64,000 nt of DNA from Styela clava (lineage: Eukaryota). Shown here piece after piece: positions 24,562 through 37,000 of this stretch. Under the pieces are notes generated by a model that made no database searches, was not told the DNA's origin, and saw only the letters and a program-made list of their open reading frames with translations. Numbering within the stretch: the first letter of the stretch is position 1; each line of letters starts with the position of its first letter. A program made the translations under genes and the position numbers. The DNA lies in the NCBI RefSeq assembly GCF_964204865.1, contig NC_135259.1, positions 14,012,001 to 14,076,000 on the forward strand, written 5' to 3'.

Positions 24562-26997
24562 GCGTGTTCATCACTTTTAGCGGTATGCTTCAGTTTCAGT
24601 GTAAAATATTTGAATACATATTAATAGTCGTTACGTTGCTTAGAAGTGCAGTATGTGAATTAGCATTGAAATAAAATAACTTGTTTAATTGATTGATTAC
24701 CCTCGCTCGGTGGCTCTTAACATGTTTCCCATTTTTGCTGCGCACTTCGCTTCTAGAGCTGCTTAGAAATAATAATGTTCTCAATCTTTAACGACTAAAA
24801 CTTTCAAAGCAATTGGTCTGGTATAGTTGATGAGAAGCGCGATTTCTTCATAACGATAAAAAGAAAATACCAACAACAAAAACAACAACATCATATATAA
24901 TTACAAAACGATCTAAAATACGTACATTTCGTGTCCAATAAATAGAAAAATTACATAAGTCGCCCAAGCATACTGCTGCCGTTGAAGCAATGAAACTCAG
25001 TGATATCTTGTTGCTTTTTTATTGTGCTGTTACTACTGACCTTACAAACTATACGAGTAGTTATCCTCTCTGCTCAGCCATTGAAATCCCTATAGAAGAA
25101 TATTGGAACGAATATATGTTGTTTTCCTGAAGTGTTTTGTTTCTAATTTCGCCGTAAGCAACTTTTGAATATCAGGCAATGAATTAAAATTTAATCTTAT
25201 TACAGAGTAACCGCAACATTTTTTGTTTCTTTCCTCTTACATACTTATATGTTGGATTTAGGCCAAGTAAAATGTAAACGTAAACGATACAATCTGCTAA
25301 TAAGACTGATCTCAACATCGTCGCATATGAAAATTATACAAAATACAAAACAAATAAAAAATCACTCGTCCCACATTTATTCACAGAGTGCGATGAAAAT
25401 ACAGAATAAGTATGCGTATGATGAAAATCAGTGAATTATTTTTGTATCACTTTTTTGGCTCATAGATGAGAAATATGTGCTATGCAGCAATTCTGATCCA
25501 TTTGAAAGCGAATTATAGAATGTGATGCCAGCACACAACTAAGCGACGAAAGTATACTTTTGTATATACTACAAGTTAGAATAGGTATATATATATATAC
25601 AGTACAAAAATAATGCGATAAAGGAATTCAGTTGGAGAAAAAAAAAAGATCCGGAAAATAAATGAATCTGTTAGCAGCGTCATCAGCCTCGAGTCCTTGA
25701 ATCGACTAGCTTCCTCGAGTATGGGCAGCCGTTTGGTGTATACAAAAGACTGATATAAAACGAGCATTTCGATAAATGAAGACAGTAAGTTTCTTGCACA
25801 GTAAGACCTTTGCCAAAACAACATTCGATTTTTGTGTCATTTTCCGGTTTTCTGTAAAATTTATCTCCTATTGAGATGACAGAGGATATCATCACCGTGT
25901 TGCCTAACTGTGATTTTTTTCGATAAAATGCTTTAGGTTTTTTTACTGAAGTTTTTCATTATTTGAGGTCTGATTTCTCACAGCAAAAGTAAAATCGTCT
26001 GCGTATTGGTCTAATTTGTGCTCGTGACGGCCTCGTTTTATCCCATAAATGTTTGAATTTTGGAGTACAGATCTTGCGGAATGCTCAACACTAATAGCGT
26101 AGAGCAGCATACTCACGAAGCGGCATTGCTTTAATGCCGCTGCAGATTGAGATATCACTTGTTAGTCGACCATTCACGTCAACTTTTTATACAACTTTTT
26201 ATGTCCGAGTACATATCTTTAATAGCATTACATTTCTTGCATCCATGTCCCATATGTTTCAAGACATGAAATAAGAAGTTATGGTTAACCTTATCGAAGG
26301 CTTTCAGGTTATCGATTAAGATGATTGTGCCGAGTGTGTCTTTTTCTTTGCGATGCTTTATTATTGCATCGATATTATGGTGAATTTCATACATGCTTCT
26401 TTCAGGAAGGGAGAATTTCTGGGTCGGTGTTATTATAATGTCCATTGTAGGTGGGAGTCTTTTAACTAAGATTTCGGAAATAATTTTATAGTCCATATTA
26501 AGAATCGTTATCGGTCTCCAGTTTTTTAGGTTTGTCTCGTCGTTTTTCTTAAATAACTTTTGAGATGGAGGATGGGTTTGAATAAGGGCCGAAACTGATA
26601 ATGTTATTATTATTTTGAGTGAACTGGATTTATATTAGGTCCCAAAAGGAAACATAGAATTCGTTGGAGAGCCCGTCCATACCTGGCGAGTTTCGAAGAA
26701 AGTTGATGGCCTCATATATCTACTCACTCGAGACATAATGTTCTGAGGTAAGGATTTTCTCTCTCAGAAATTTGGGTATGCCCCAGCAGTGCCAAATAGT
26801 GTTGCTGATATATATCATTGGTTTCATGTTCTTTGCCCCAAATGTTTAGTAGTATTCCTCTACCACCGACAGCATTTCATCCTATTCGCTGGCTACGGTG
26901 TTGTTTGAAGAGATTAATCTTTCTACCGTTTGTTGCTTAGCCCTTCTTTCGATTTTAACATAGAATGTTTTATTTGGTCGTTTATTTTGCTCTAGTA

Positions 26998-27517
26998 CAG
27001 TGGTTCCAAGACTTTTAAAAAAAAAATTCTATGACGAACCCCTAGCAATTTTTTCAATGATTCCCGGACTTGTGCACTAAAACAAAACGTTAAAAGATCA
27101 CAACAAAAAAACAATCCGCCGTATAGTGAAACGAACAAAAGAAATGGAGGGGGGCAACTCCAAATGACATGTGTGACATCCAGCCTGTTTCGATGTTTGC
27201 TAAACGCGAAAAAGGGCAGTCTTAGTTATAGGATAGCTCTGCAGTTAGTCAACTTGTGGTGACATGAATTGAACTCTTTCTGTGATCCCACAGCTTTGTG
27301 ACATCACCATGGGACAGCGTGACCGAAACAGAAAGTAAAGAATCGGGTTAGCGGTGATTGTAAAGCAGCAAAAGGCGACAAATGTGAATTTGCAAATTTA
27401 AGGACTTCACTTTTGTATTATCAAGCTATTAGCCATATTACAGATTTCCTTCTCGGACCCTCCGAAGGTGCTTCACGGACCCCGGAAGGTCCGCGGACCC
27501 TAGTTTGGGAACCACTG
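26998..27517. mobile_element. Non-autonomous hAT element nested in LINE ORF2
   Basis: TIR CAGTGGTTCC / GGAACCACTG. Perfect 8-bp TSD CTCTAGTA at 26990-26997 and 27518-27525. Confidence 0.9.
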
Positions 27518-27929
27518 CTCTAGTACATCCATATATATATTTGATATATGATATTTGCCAATATCAGGTCCAACTCTGTTCGCTCGTTTTGTAGGATTTT
27601 CAAATGAGATTTTAGATTTTCAATTTTAGATATATTTTCCGATTTCCCTGATAAGTATGTCCAATTGTTTTCTGAGATGAGCCGTATTATTCTTTTTGTT
27701 TTGTGTTTGGAATAGGCGACTGTTACTTTTTTAACTTTATGTTTCAATTTATCCCATCAGTCCTGTGTGTAGTCATAAATTTCCAGGTCGAATAAAGTAG
27801 ATTCATAGGTGTTCTTTATGATGTTTATATATTCTGGATCTTGGTACAACGACAGATTATTGCGCCATGTGCCCCTACCCGAGCGCACCTTCCTGGCTTG
27901 CTTCAGTTCAATTGTTGGACATATTAGAT

Positions 27930-28820
27930 CAGTGGTTCTTAAACTTTTTTGAGCGCGACCCAAATCTGAGTTTCACGAATACTCGCGACCCAATCCTAAA
28001 TAACGCAAAGTGTGTTTTTAATGTTAGTACAGTTTGACTCAAATACAGACAACTATTTATTAGAAACAGTCCATTGACTCAGTGAGATTGATGAAACTGA
28101 AATTTTCTTTTCAATATATATTCAATACACAGCTCTATTTTACTGAGCGCAATACGCAAGTTGTCACGGGAATCGATGCGATTGCGTGCTTAGTTTTAAT
28201 AACCGTCAGTGCCAAAAATCCTCGCTCGAACAAGTGCCTTGTCGCGAATTGTAGCAGAAACCTCGTCCGCTGTCCGTCGCAAACACGACATCCTAGCTGG
28301 CTTTTGATATCTCTCGCAATATACAACTTTTTACTCATCAAATGTGCACACACTGCTTCGTTCGCGGTAAATGGTGACTCGAGATGAAGTCACATTTTCT
28401 CTAGATATTGAATACTTTAATGTTGAGATGCGAGTTTTTTCATTGCGTCGTCTATTACAATTTACATTACCAAAAAGACACCCGTTTTTAGTTATTTTAA
28501 TCCACTAAGACGAAATTCCGCGAGGTCAACACAACGACAAGCGACGTGCATGGTTACCAATGCCATAAAATAATACACGTGACTGGCATATCAGAATTGT
28601 GATGTAACAATGAGCTCAAGACAGTTCTTTCCGTGAATGAAACTTTATATTCCATCAGTTTTAAATACCAGAGTTTAGAAGCTAAATTGAAACATTGGGA
28701 AAGCTGAAAATTCGTCCTTCTCCTCTTAGATTTCCCTTGCATTGACGACCTTGTCGCGACCCACTTTTAAACCTTCCGCGACCCATGTTTGGGTCGCGAC
28801 CCATACTTTAAGAACCACTG
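27930..28820 (-). mobile_element. Internally deleted hAT (Charlie-type) transposon nested in the LINE endonuclease domain
   Basis: TIR CAGTGGTTCTTAA / TTAAGAACCACTG. Perfect 8-bp TSD TATTAGAT at 27922-27929 and 28821-28828. Minus-strand transposase C-terminal remnant FATRHLFERGFLALTVIKTKH / RNRID..LRIALS..QFHQSH* at ~28330-28079. Confidence 0.92.
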
Positions 28821-30720
28821 TATTAGATGGTCGGATATAGCGTTCATTGAGAAATCTATGTTCGAAATTAAGTGTTCCAAGTTTAATGTGTTGTATATGT
28901 TGTCAATCCCACGACCATGTGATATGGAGATGAAAGTAAAGACCTGTTTTTTTTTAATATTTTTTCTGAAGGTGTCGAAAATGTTGTTTGTTCTGATGAA
29001 GTTTTGAAAATCTTTACTGATGTGCGAAGTTATTTATCAAGTTTATTTATTATTTTATTAGGTTATTTATATTTAGGATGTCAATTTCTTCCAAGATGAA
29101 ATTGAAGTCTCCCACTATAAGAAAGTCATGTGAGTCACAATAGTTGGTAAGGACATTCACCAGACTTTTATAGAAATCCCTATTGTGAGCGGGGCGTACA
29201 CGTTGAATATTTTTACTATTTGAATATCGATCTATATTTCGATGCTGTCAGGTCGATATTTATTGTGCACAGCATAATATGTTGTTGGCAAAATAGTATT
29301 TTCAATTTTCACCATGATTAGAGTTCCCTACCGAAATTGTGTATAATATTTATCAAATTTGTCCAATTTATCATAATCTATATTGTAGCCCAGAAAGTTT
29401 GCCCAAAGTGAGGTTAGTGATTGATCCACCCTGCGCGCTTCGTGAATGCATAGTAGGGTTTCCTTGCTCAGTAATGCTTTTCAAATCATTCAAATGATGT
29501 TGAACACCATTGGCGTTTATAGATATTACATTAAAGCCGGACATTGCTTACAAATCTCAGGTAGTAATATTATAGGCCCATATTGGAACTAACGTTTGTG
29601 GTAGTTATTGACATATTACGGCTCTAAAGTTACACGAGGTCATAAAAGGGGTCTAAATAGATATATGTTTATGAGTACGAGAGAATTTACAACCCACGCT
29701 TATGCATTCATTCATTTTTTCTTTTTTCCAGTCATTTTTCCTGCCGAGATTGTCGAGAAAGATGACTCCGATGACGTAGTTTCCCTATTTCTTTTGCTTG
29801 TGTATTTCGAATTGTCAATATTTTTGCCCGTTAAATCTACAATGCTTGTTGAAGTTGTGTTATTTTCCAAATTAGTGGGCGCTGACAAGATTGGCTAGGG
29901 TGAATCACTAAACAACGACGGTGTTGAGTCGTGTCTTTCATAAATATGTACCAGTACTCTGACGTACGCTCTTCCTTTCGGAGGGGCCGAAGAGGCGTAT
30001 TACCTATTGTGGACGTTTGTTTTAGTCTTGATGACATTCTAGTTTGTCTTGATTGTTGTGGGGTAGTTTTTACCGGGCTGATGACGTCTCCGGCGCCGGC
30101 GTCCTCACATTCTGGCCAGTTACTCAATTCGTTCAAATCAGAGCTCGAAGTTGAGAATTCGTGTATCTAACTTTTTGTCATATTTTGATTGTCTTTCGTG
30201 TTTTGTTTCTCTTTTATCGAACCGGTAGTTGATTGTTTTTGTGCCTTGTCAGGGTCGGAAGTGTCTTCTTCCAATGCGGGGGCTATTTCTCCGCTTTTAT
30301 CACCCTCATTAGGGGCGTGGTCGTTCTTTCATTAAGCGACGTGGTCGTTCCTCATGGTTGGGTGAATTTGGGTGTTAGTTGCTGTATGTTGTCTGGGGGA
30401 TCCTTTTGTACAGCGGGCAGTCGAGGCTTCAAATCTTTCTTTTGGTGCTGCCTTAAGGCTTTGTCTTGGGATTGCCCATGTTCCCGCACCTTGTAGGTCA
30501 GAGAAGTCTTTCTCTCGCACGGCACAGTTTTTCCGAAGGTGTCCGGGTATACTCTCAAGATATTCAGGGTACCATACCAAAAGTTTGCCACACCATGTTA
30601 GATGACGCGACTTTGTGTGTTTTAAAACTTTGAGTAATATTACGAATCTTTTCGATTTGCTTTTCATATTTAACCTCTTTCCCGTAATTTAACCACGTGT
30701 CCTTTAAATACCTTTACAGG

Positions 30721-30745
30721 CTCTCTCTCTCTCTCTCTCTCTCTC
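30721..30745. repeat. (CT)n microsatellite inside the LINE ORF1 remnant
   Basis: Direct reading. Confidence 0.9.
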
Positions 30746-31434
30746 AATGTTCAAATTGCAGCCCGTTATTGCCCGCAAGAATTCCTGATTTGATTTGTCG
30801 TATTTTTTCCAGAATTTCAACCGCGTCGCGCCGATATTTCACGAAACCTGTAGCCTATGTCCAAGAGATCTCTGTTCACACATAAAATTTGTGACTACTG
30901 CATATTTAGATTTTGACGCGTTACGCGCTGGAAGATCATTACCTATATATATTGAATAGCTAGGTCGATTGATTACGCGAGTTCTACGATAAAACTAGTG
31001 TAATTAACGGAGTGTTCCGTTTTGTCCCCTAATTAGATTCCCTGAGTGGAACTGACGCTGAATAGGCTACTGCTCGCGTCAGTGGTTCCACGTCCAGCGT
31101 GTAGTGTGTACTCGTGTCTATGTTTTTAAAATAGCTTTATTCATGGTTCCGCTTCCAGGAGCATCAGTGACCTAACAAATAGCAAACTTGTGAGCTACCA
31201 ATTATGGTGATTCATTACCATTTGGGATTGCACCCTACATTTAAATGACCTGGCAAATGATGTAAGAAGTGCTTTTCGTAGATTTCAGACATATTTGCCA
31301 TCATTTACACTCACTGAAGCTATACGTTTGTTTCATATTCAAATATACCCAAAATAATGCCGTCAACCTTATTGGCTTGTTTCGTCAACGTACGCTTCAA
31401 TTATCTCATTGGCATACCCGAGTCGTATGAAACG

Positions 31435-31812
31435 AGGGTCGAGGACAGGAGGTTTGAGAGAAATAGGACAGTGGGCTGAGGATCGAGGATAGGAAAATGG
31501 GAGAGGTAGGACATTGGGTCGGGGATAGAAAGGTTGAAGGAGGTATGGCAGTAAAATAGGTAGTGGGCTGAGAATAGGAAGGCTGACAGTGGGTTGAGAA
31601 TAGGATAGGAAGGTGGGAGGATAGCACAATAGATCTGGAATAGAAGTGGTGAGAGAGAAAGGGAAGTGGGTCGAAGGTACGAAGGTTAAGAAAGTAGGGC
31701 AGCGGGTGGAGGTCAAGAAATTGAAGGAGATATGACGGCGGGTGGAGGATGGGAAAGTTGAAGGAGATAGAGCAGCGGGACGATAATAGGAAGGTTGAAG
31801 GATATAGAGTAT
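31435..31812. repeat. Purine-rich (G/A) degenerate repeat tract
   Basis: Recurring AATAGGAAGG, AGTGGGYTGAG, TTGAAGGAGATA and GCGGGTGGAGG. Very few C on the + strand. Confidence 0.8.
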
Positions 31813-31954
31813 TCACAGTAGTGTGTTAAGGGTTATAGCTATATGGTAACGGGTCGATCTCCCCGAGGATCTCTACTTTAGTTGCAGTTGTCTTAAATAG
31901 GACTCCCAGACTATGCTATGGATATAAAATAGGCTAAATTTAGCTATCAGTATT

Positions 31955-32350
31955 GTTAAACGGAAGTATCGGAAGAAATTTTCTGGGGTCAAAGTTCGGG
32001 GAAACGTTATTAATTATTATTATATATAATATTTCCCATGGTTATTTTGCAAAGGGTTTTTAAGTTCCGGCGTGTGCCGACAGGCATGGTTTACTATCGC
32101 GCTAGAAAATCTGTCGGATCTGAAAAAATTTCGATTGTTACGCGCCGGCGGGCTTTATGAAAATACAGTATGCCGTTTTAAGGGAAAAAATCACAACTTG
32201 GGGAAACCTTATGCGGTCATAATTTTGAGGGAGTTCTATTTTTTATTCGAAATAAGGCATAAAAACTTACATTTTCAACAACGTTGTCATGAGTCGGTCA
32301 TTCAATTTTTCGGAAGTGAATCTAGATGGCGGTAATAGGACGCGCCGTGA
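31955..32350 (+). promoter_or_regulatory. Probable GARRE1 promoter: CpG-enriched, with ETS and YY1 motifs
   Basis: CGGAAGT and CGGAAG at ~31961-31976. CGGAAGTG at 32311-32318 is followed closely by AGATGGCGG (32324-32332) and a possible GT donor. CpG density is locally high. Confidence 0.55.
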
Positions 32351-34071
32351 CAAATAACTCCAGTGTGACTTTTGGGTGTCTGTCTGTCTTGAACCTCCTT
32401 GTTGTGCTGTTTATTTCGCATATTGACGAGTCGGTGAGATATTTTATAGCGAGTGATAGGCCAGGGGTTCCCAAATTGGGTCGGAGTGATAAGTAGGTAG
32501 GGTCGCAAACAGGTGATGTGGTCGCTGAGGTATGGTACCATGTTAAATTTAGCTGTTTGTACTACCGGTATGGCTCACTGTAAAACTGGCCCATAGCAGG
32601 CATCGCTCCATGCTCAGGCTATAGAAAATGTAGATGTTTATTGCAGTATTGTGACATCACTGTTTGGTTTTAGCATATTTTACTTGATACCACCACATGA
32701 CCAAACTCAAAAGTCCAGTAAAAGAAGCTCTAAAGTTTCATTGAAAATATATATATACCGTATATATTGACCTGCGGTCGCACTGGACACTTGAAAGTTG
32801 TCCTTGTGGTGTCATGAAAAAAGCTTGGGGACCCCTGGCCTAAACCAATACCGGTAATCATTGTGATAAAGTCTGGAATCGACGAGGGCAATTTGAGATA
32901 TCACTATTCAAAATCCAAGTGTAGTAGACTAGGGTCATTGATCCAAGTGCAGAAGTGTGATAGTAGACAAGGGTTACCACTGTACCACTACCACAAGTGT
33001 TAAAGAGTCTTCTGGTCTTTGAAAGGAGTCACATATAAGATTTTGAACCACTGGCATAACTGCATTTACATACAAAATTGACATGACAAAGAGCGAATGT
33101 TAGAAACTTCAAAAAAAATTTAACATTAATTGAAAAATCTACAAAGATAAAGCTTCTATTTGAGCTGATTTTATATTCAAAGTTTGGAGCTGTTTTCACT
33201 AAAGTATTTCTAAGTTTATTTCAAGTCTTTACCGTTTCGGTTACAACCTTCAATAAATAAGACTACCGGTTGAAATAATGTCAAATTCATTGCCTGTTCC
33301 AGTATTCACTAGGGCGCTAGCTATATCTGTATATACAGGAGAGCTCAGTTTCTAATTCTGAGATGTCCCAATTTTTGATTCAATAAAGCAAACAATCTAT
33401 TGTCTCTATCGAGGGCGTCTGGCATGACTGCAAATGCAACAGATAACATATTGTCGGTTTGTCAATTTGTGTCTATATATGGATGTGATCTTGTAAATAA
33501 GGGATTTGCACTCACTGTTTTAGTTGATGTCTTTCAATGTGGGGCTATTTTTGGAATCGAACAACTGTGATATGCTGATATAACTGTTGAAAATCCTTAT
33601 GTGTCTAAACTATTCAACTATCCTAAATCATGTGTGATCAGGAAGTTTAAATCAGTCCAACCTGGTAAAAATGTGTTTTGATTTGCCTCGATTTTACCAA
33701 ATGCGTTTCAATGATAAAATGTAAAATGTGACTTCATAATATATTGTTTATTTTTGAATAATTAAGTAAAAATATATTTGTCCTAATAAAAGCATCTTTC
33801 TGAGCTTATTGATATCAAAAAGTTTACAATCAAAATTAAAGCAGCATTTCATTTTCAAATCATAGTTTGAAAACTCTAATTTCTGAATTCTGGAAAATTT
33901 AAACCAAATTAATTTATGAATTTTTATATTTCTAAACATTCAGTACCTCGCAGTATTATTATTTTACTGAAACTTCGTGAACTAACTAGTATGGTGGAAT
34001 AATGGATACTTGCGTCACATGAATGTCAACTTCTTATTTTTTGGAAACGACCAGTCCTAAAACAATAATCA

Positions 34072-37000
34072 ATGGAGTTAGGGCGTCGACCTTTCCCATT
34101 TGGATCATTTAATCCAACTCGACAAAAACAACAAGTTGCCCAGCAACAGAATGTAACAAGACAGCCAAGATATATACAAGCGATGAGGTATGTAACTAAT
34201 AACTCTTTTTTTAGAGTGAATTCCTTCGTACTGTACTATTCATTGGTTTGGATTTCCTATTTTGAGGAGGCTCTAGTTGTATTTTCAATGATCTTATCAA
34301 TTAGTATATTTTCAGAAATACTAATTTAACACTGATTGCAAAATTTCATGTATTTTTATTTTTTGTCTATTTTTTCCTCCTATTTTAGTAAAAAACATAG
34401 AGAGACTAGGGAAAAAATGTATAGCATGTTCGCAAAATCCTGCATTAAATTAGCTAAAAGAGCTTTGTGTGCTTTGTGCAACTAATAGTGACCACATAAA
34501 AGTGCTGCTTAAAATAAAATGAACCTTGTTAAGATAGCCCATTGAGAAGTGATTTGATAAGCAAATTTTGACTGTAATAGGACTTCATGAACACTCTGTA
34601 TATCTCAATCAAACAATACTCCTTGTTCCTTTTCTGGAAAGTTTCATCAGTTTTTTTTTTGTCATTCTTGTTTTCCAGCCCTCCAATGAATGGTGGAAGT
34701 GCAGAGTCACAAATTGCAAATTTACAACAATGTATATCAGCATATCTCGATTCAATCCAGGTGCGAACATTTGTTTTCTATATGTTAGCCTTAGACGTAC
34801 TGTATTGTTAATTTATTCAACTTGTTTTTGTTTGTGACTGACAATGTCTGGAAGACTTTGTGTGAACTGAGTGTATTGGTTAAAAAATCTTTTTAGAGAA
34901 AATTTGAAATTTTCGTTGAAATGAAGTTTCTTTCAAACTCTTTGTTTTGCGTGAGCATCGGTTAATTCAAGTGTGTATTCCTTTATTGTTCAAAACGAGG
35001 GTGTAATAAACAAACTATAATTTCTGATTACCCTGTGTGGATTAGAGGGTTCGAATCGAGTGGGAAATAATTATGTGTGAGATGATTGCTTGTCAGATAC
35101 AGCTTCCTCCACCATCAAATCCAATGTTCCAATAGGCTGAGAAAAGCGGTACCGGTAGTTGTGATATTTATAAAATAAGTATAATAAAATCACATTTCAT
35201 TTTTTAGAAATTTTTGTAATCAAATAACGAATAGCTATCAAATAGCTTAGTAATTTATATGATAATGTAGTTTCGATGAAAATCTTATTGAATATCAATA
35301 AGGATGATTATATGAAATTTTCTATTGGCTAAGAAGAAAAGCATTTAATTTGCTATCAATGGAACCAATGCCAACTTCGGTTTCGATTTAATTATAAGCT
35401 ATTCTGTCAGAACACATGATCATTACGAGTTGGTCACTGCTTGTATATAGTTTTGAAGATATAATTTTTCTGTAGTTGCCATGTAATATTTTATACAGCA
35501 AGTAAACTATTATATACAAATGACTGATTATAGACTGACAATACTCTTTGCAAATCATTTTATCAACCATTATTTAAGATTGCAATAATGCCTGGTTATG
35601 ATTTCAAACGATTACACCAATATCCTATTATTATAAAATGTGTATGGCTCAATTATGGCCCGAATGTAAACAGCACTCGTTATTATTATTAATAATGGCC
35701 TTCTCTGAATGCGTGTTGATTTGGGAATGAAAGTTGTGAGTTCTCAGTGAGTGAACTCATGATGCATTGAGTTCATTTTCATTACTGAGTTTGTTTACAA
35801 TGTTGACTATTGTAGTAATAATTAACTCTCCTCCATTTTTCTTTCTCGTTTGAATTTTCTGTGTACAAAATTGAATTTTCTTATTTACGAAAACACTGTT
35901 AGCTTTAATGTTTTTTTCACTGTTGTTTACACTAATCTCGCTCAAGGCTGCGTAAAATGCCAGATGAAAGATAAAACCAAAATTAGCCCCGTTGTGTTCG
36001 CAAATCACCACAATTATGCTCTTTACATAGGTGTGTTCTTGATACCAATCTCTAGTTTTGAGGCACGATCTATTAATGAATAGTAGTAAACCTTATTAAG
36101 ACATGAAAAATCTCAGATGCGTTGGTCAAATAAGTTCATTGACGTATATATTTTTAGTTGGAATGTCAATATCACATATTTGTGGCATTTATTTTTCTAC
36201 TGTTCAACATTTTTCATTTTATCTAAAATACTTTTGTATGAATAATCAGTTTTTCAAATATGTTCATATCTAACTTAAAGTTATAAGTTAACGACTGCCA
36301 ATCAAGTCCAAAAGAAATCAAATAACAAAAGTAGATTTAAAATAAGTTAATTTGATAAGGTAACATTCTGATTTTATGAATAATTTGGAATCTTTTTATA
36401 TAAAAAATTTTCAATTTGATGCATATAATATCTGATGCTCAAAACAAAAAAATAGACTTTGCTAGCTTTTATATGAAAATAAAAATTAATCGAAACTATA
36501 ATGGTCATGTCAATTTTCCTGCAGTTTCATTTTCTATAAACTTACATTAGTTTATGCAAATTTATATTTGAAGATGATCAAATTTGAAATATATTCTGTA
36601 TTTCACAATCACAGAATAGTAAATTATTTGTGCCAGTCTTGTCTTATGACATAGGCAAATTGCAATCAAAACAGATAGCATATGTAAAATAATTTTTTTA
36701 TCGTACATTTATTCATATGTGACCCAACAAATAATTAATTTGCATTTGCTCTGTTATTCAGATGGTTTGCCGAGCTGGTTCTTGGCTTTCAGAAACATTT
36801 TCTTATTTACTCCATGAATCATCCAGTGGTGCCTTGGCTGACGACATGAAATCAAGGTTTTCAGGAATGCTTCAGCTTTCTGTTTCTACAACCGTTCAGG
36901 TATTTGTGGATGCTTTTACCACTTATTTTTAAATTTGAACAGAAAAACTAGTAGCAAGGTTTTGTATGTACCGTTATGTCTTGTTTCATTTCTGAAATGC

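Larger units (their letters stand above)
24850..31122 (-). mobile_element. Decayed non-LTR retrotransposon, L1/Tx1 clade. ORF1 remnant ~31100-29700; ORF2 (APE endonuclease + RT) from ~29544 leftwards
   Basis: APE motifs: MSGFNVISINANG, LCIHEA, NVYAP, IVGDFN, ISDHL, GRGTWRNNLSL. RT motifs: KNWRPITILNMDYKI, DNLKAFDKVNHNFL, QYADDFT. Many stops and frameshifts. T-rich 3' end at ~24850-24900. Both ends are approximate. Confidence 0.88.

Noticed and set aside
31145-31175. Hammerhead-like CTGATG...GGAA on the minus strand
   Set aside because: The core deviates from CUGANGA...GAAA and no convincing stems I/III are present.
31369-31816. Minus-strand ORFs of 115 and 136 aa rich in P/L/S/F
   Set aside because: By-product of the C/T-rich tract, which lacks stop codons. 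No domain signal.
32462-32837. Single hAT MITE bounded by CAGGGGTTCCCAA / TTGGGGACCCCTG
   Set aside because: The flanks TGATAGGC and GCCTAAAC do not form a TSD, so these may be two unrelated old ends. Not listed as a feature.
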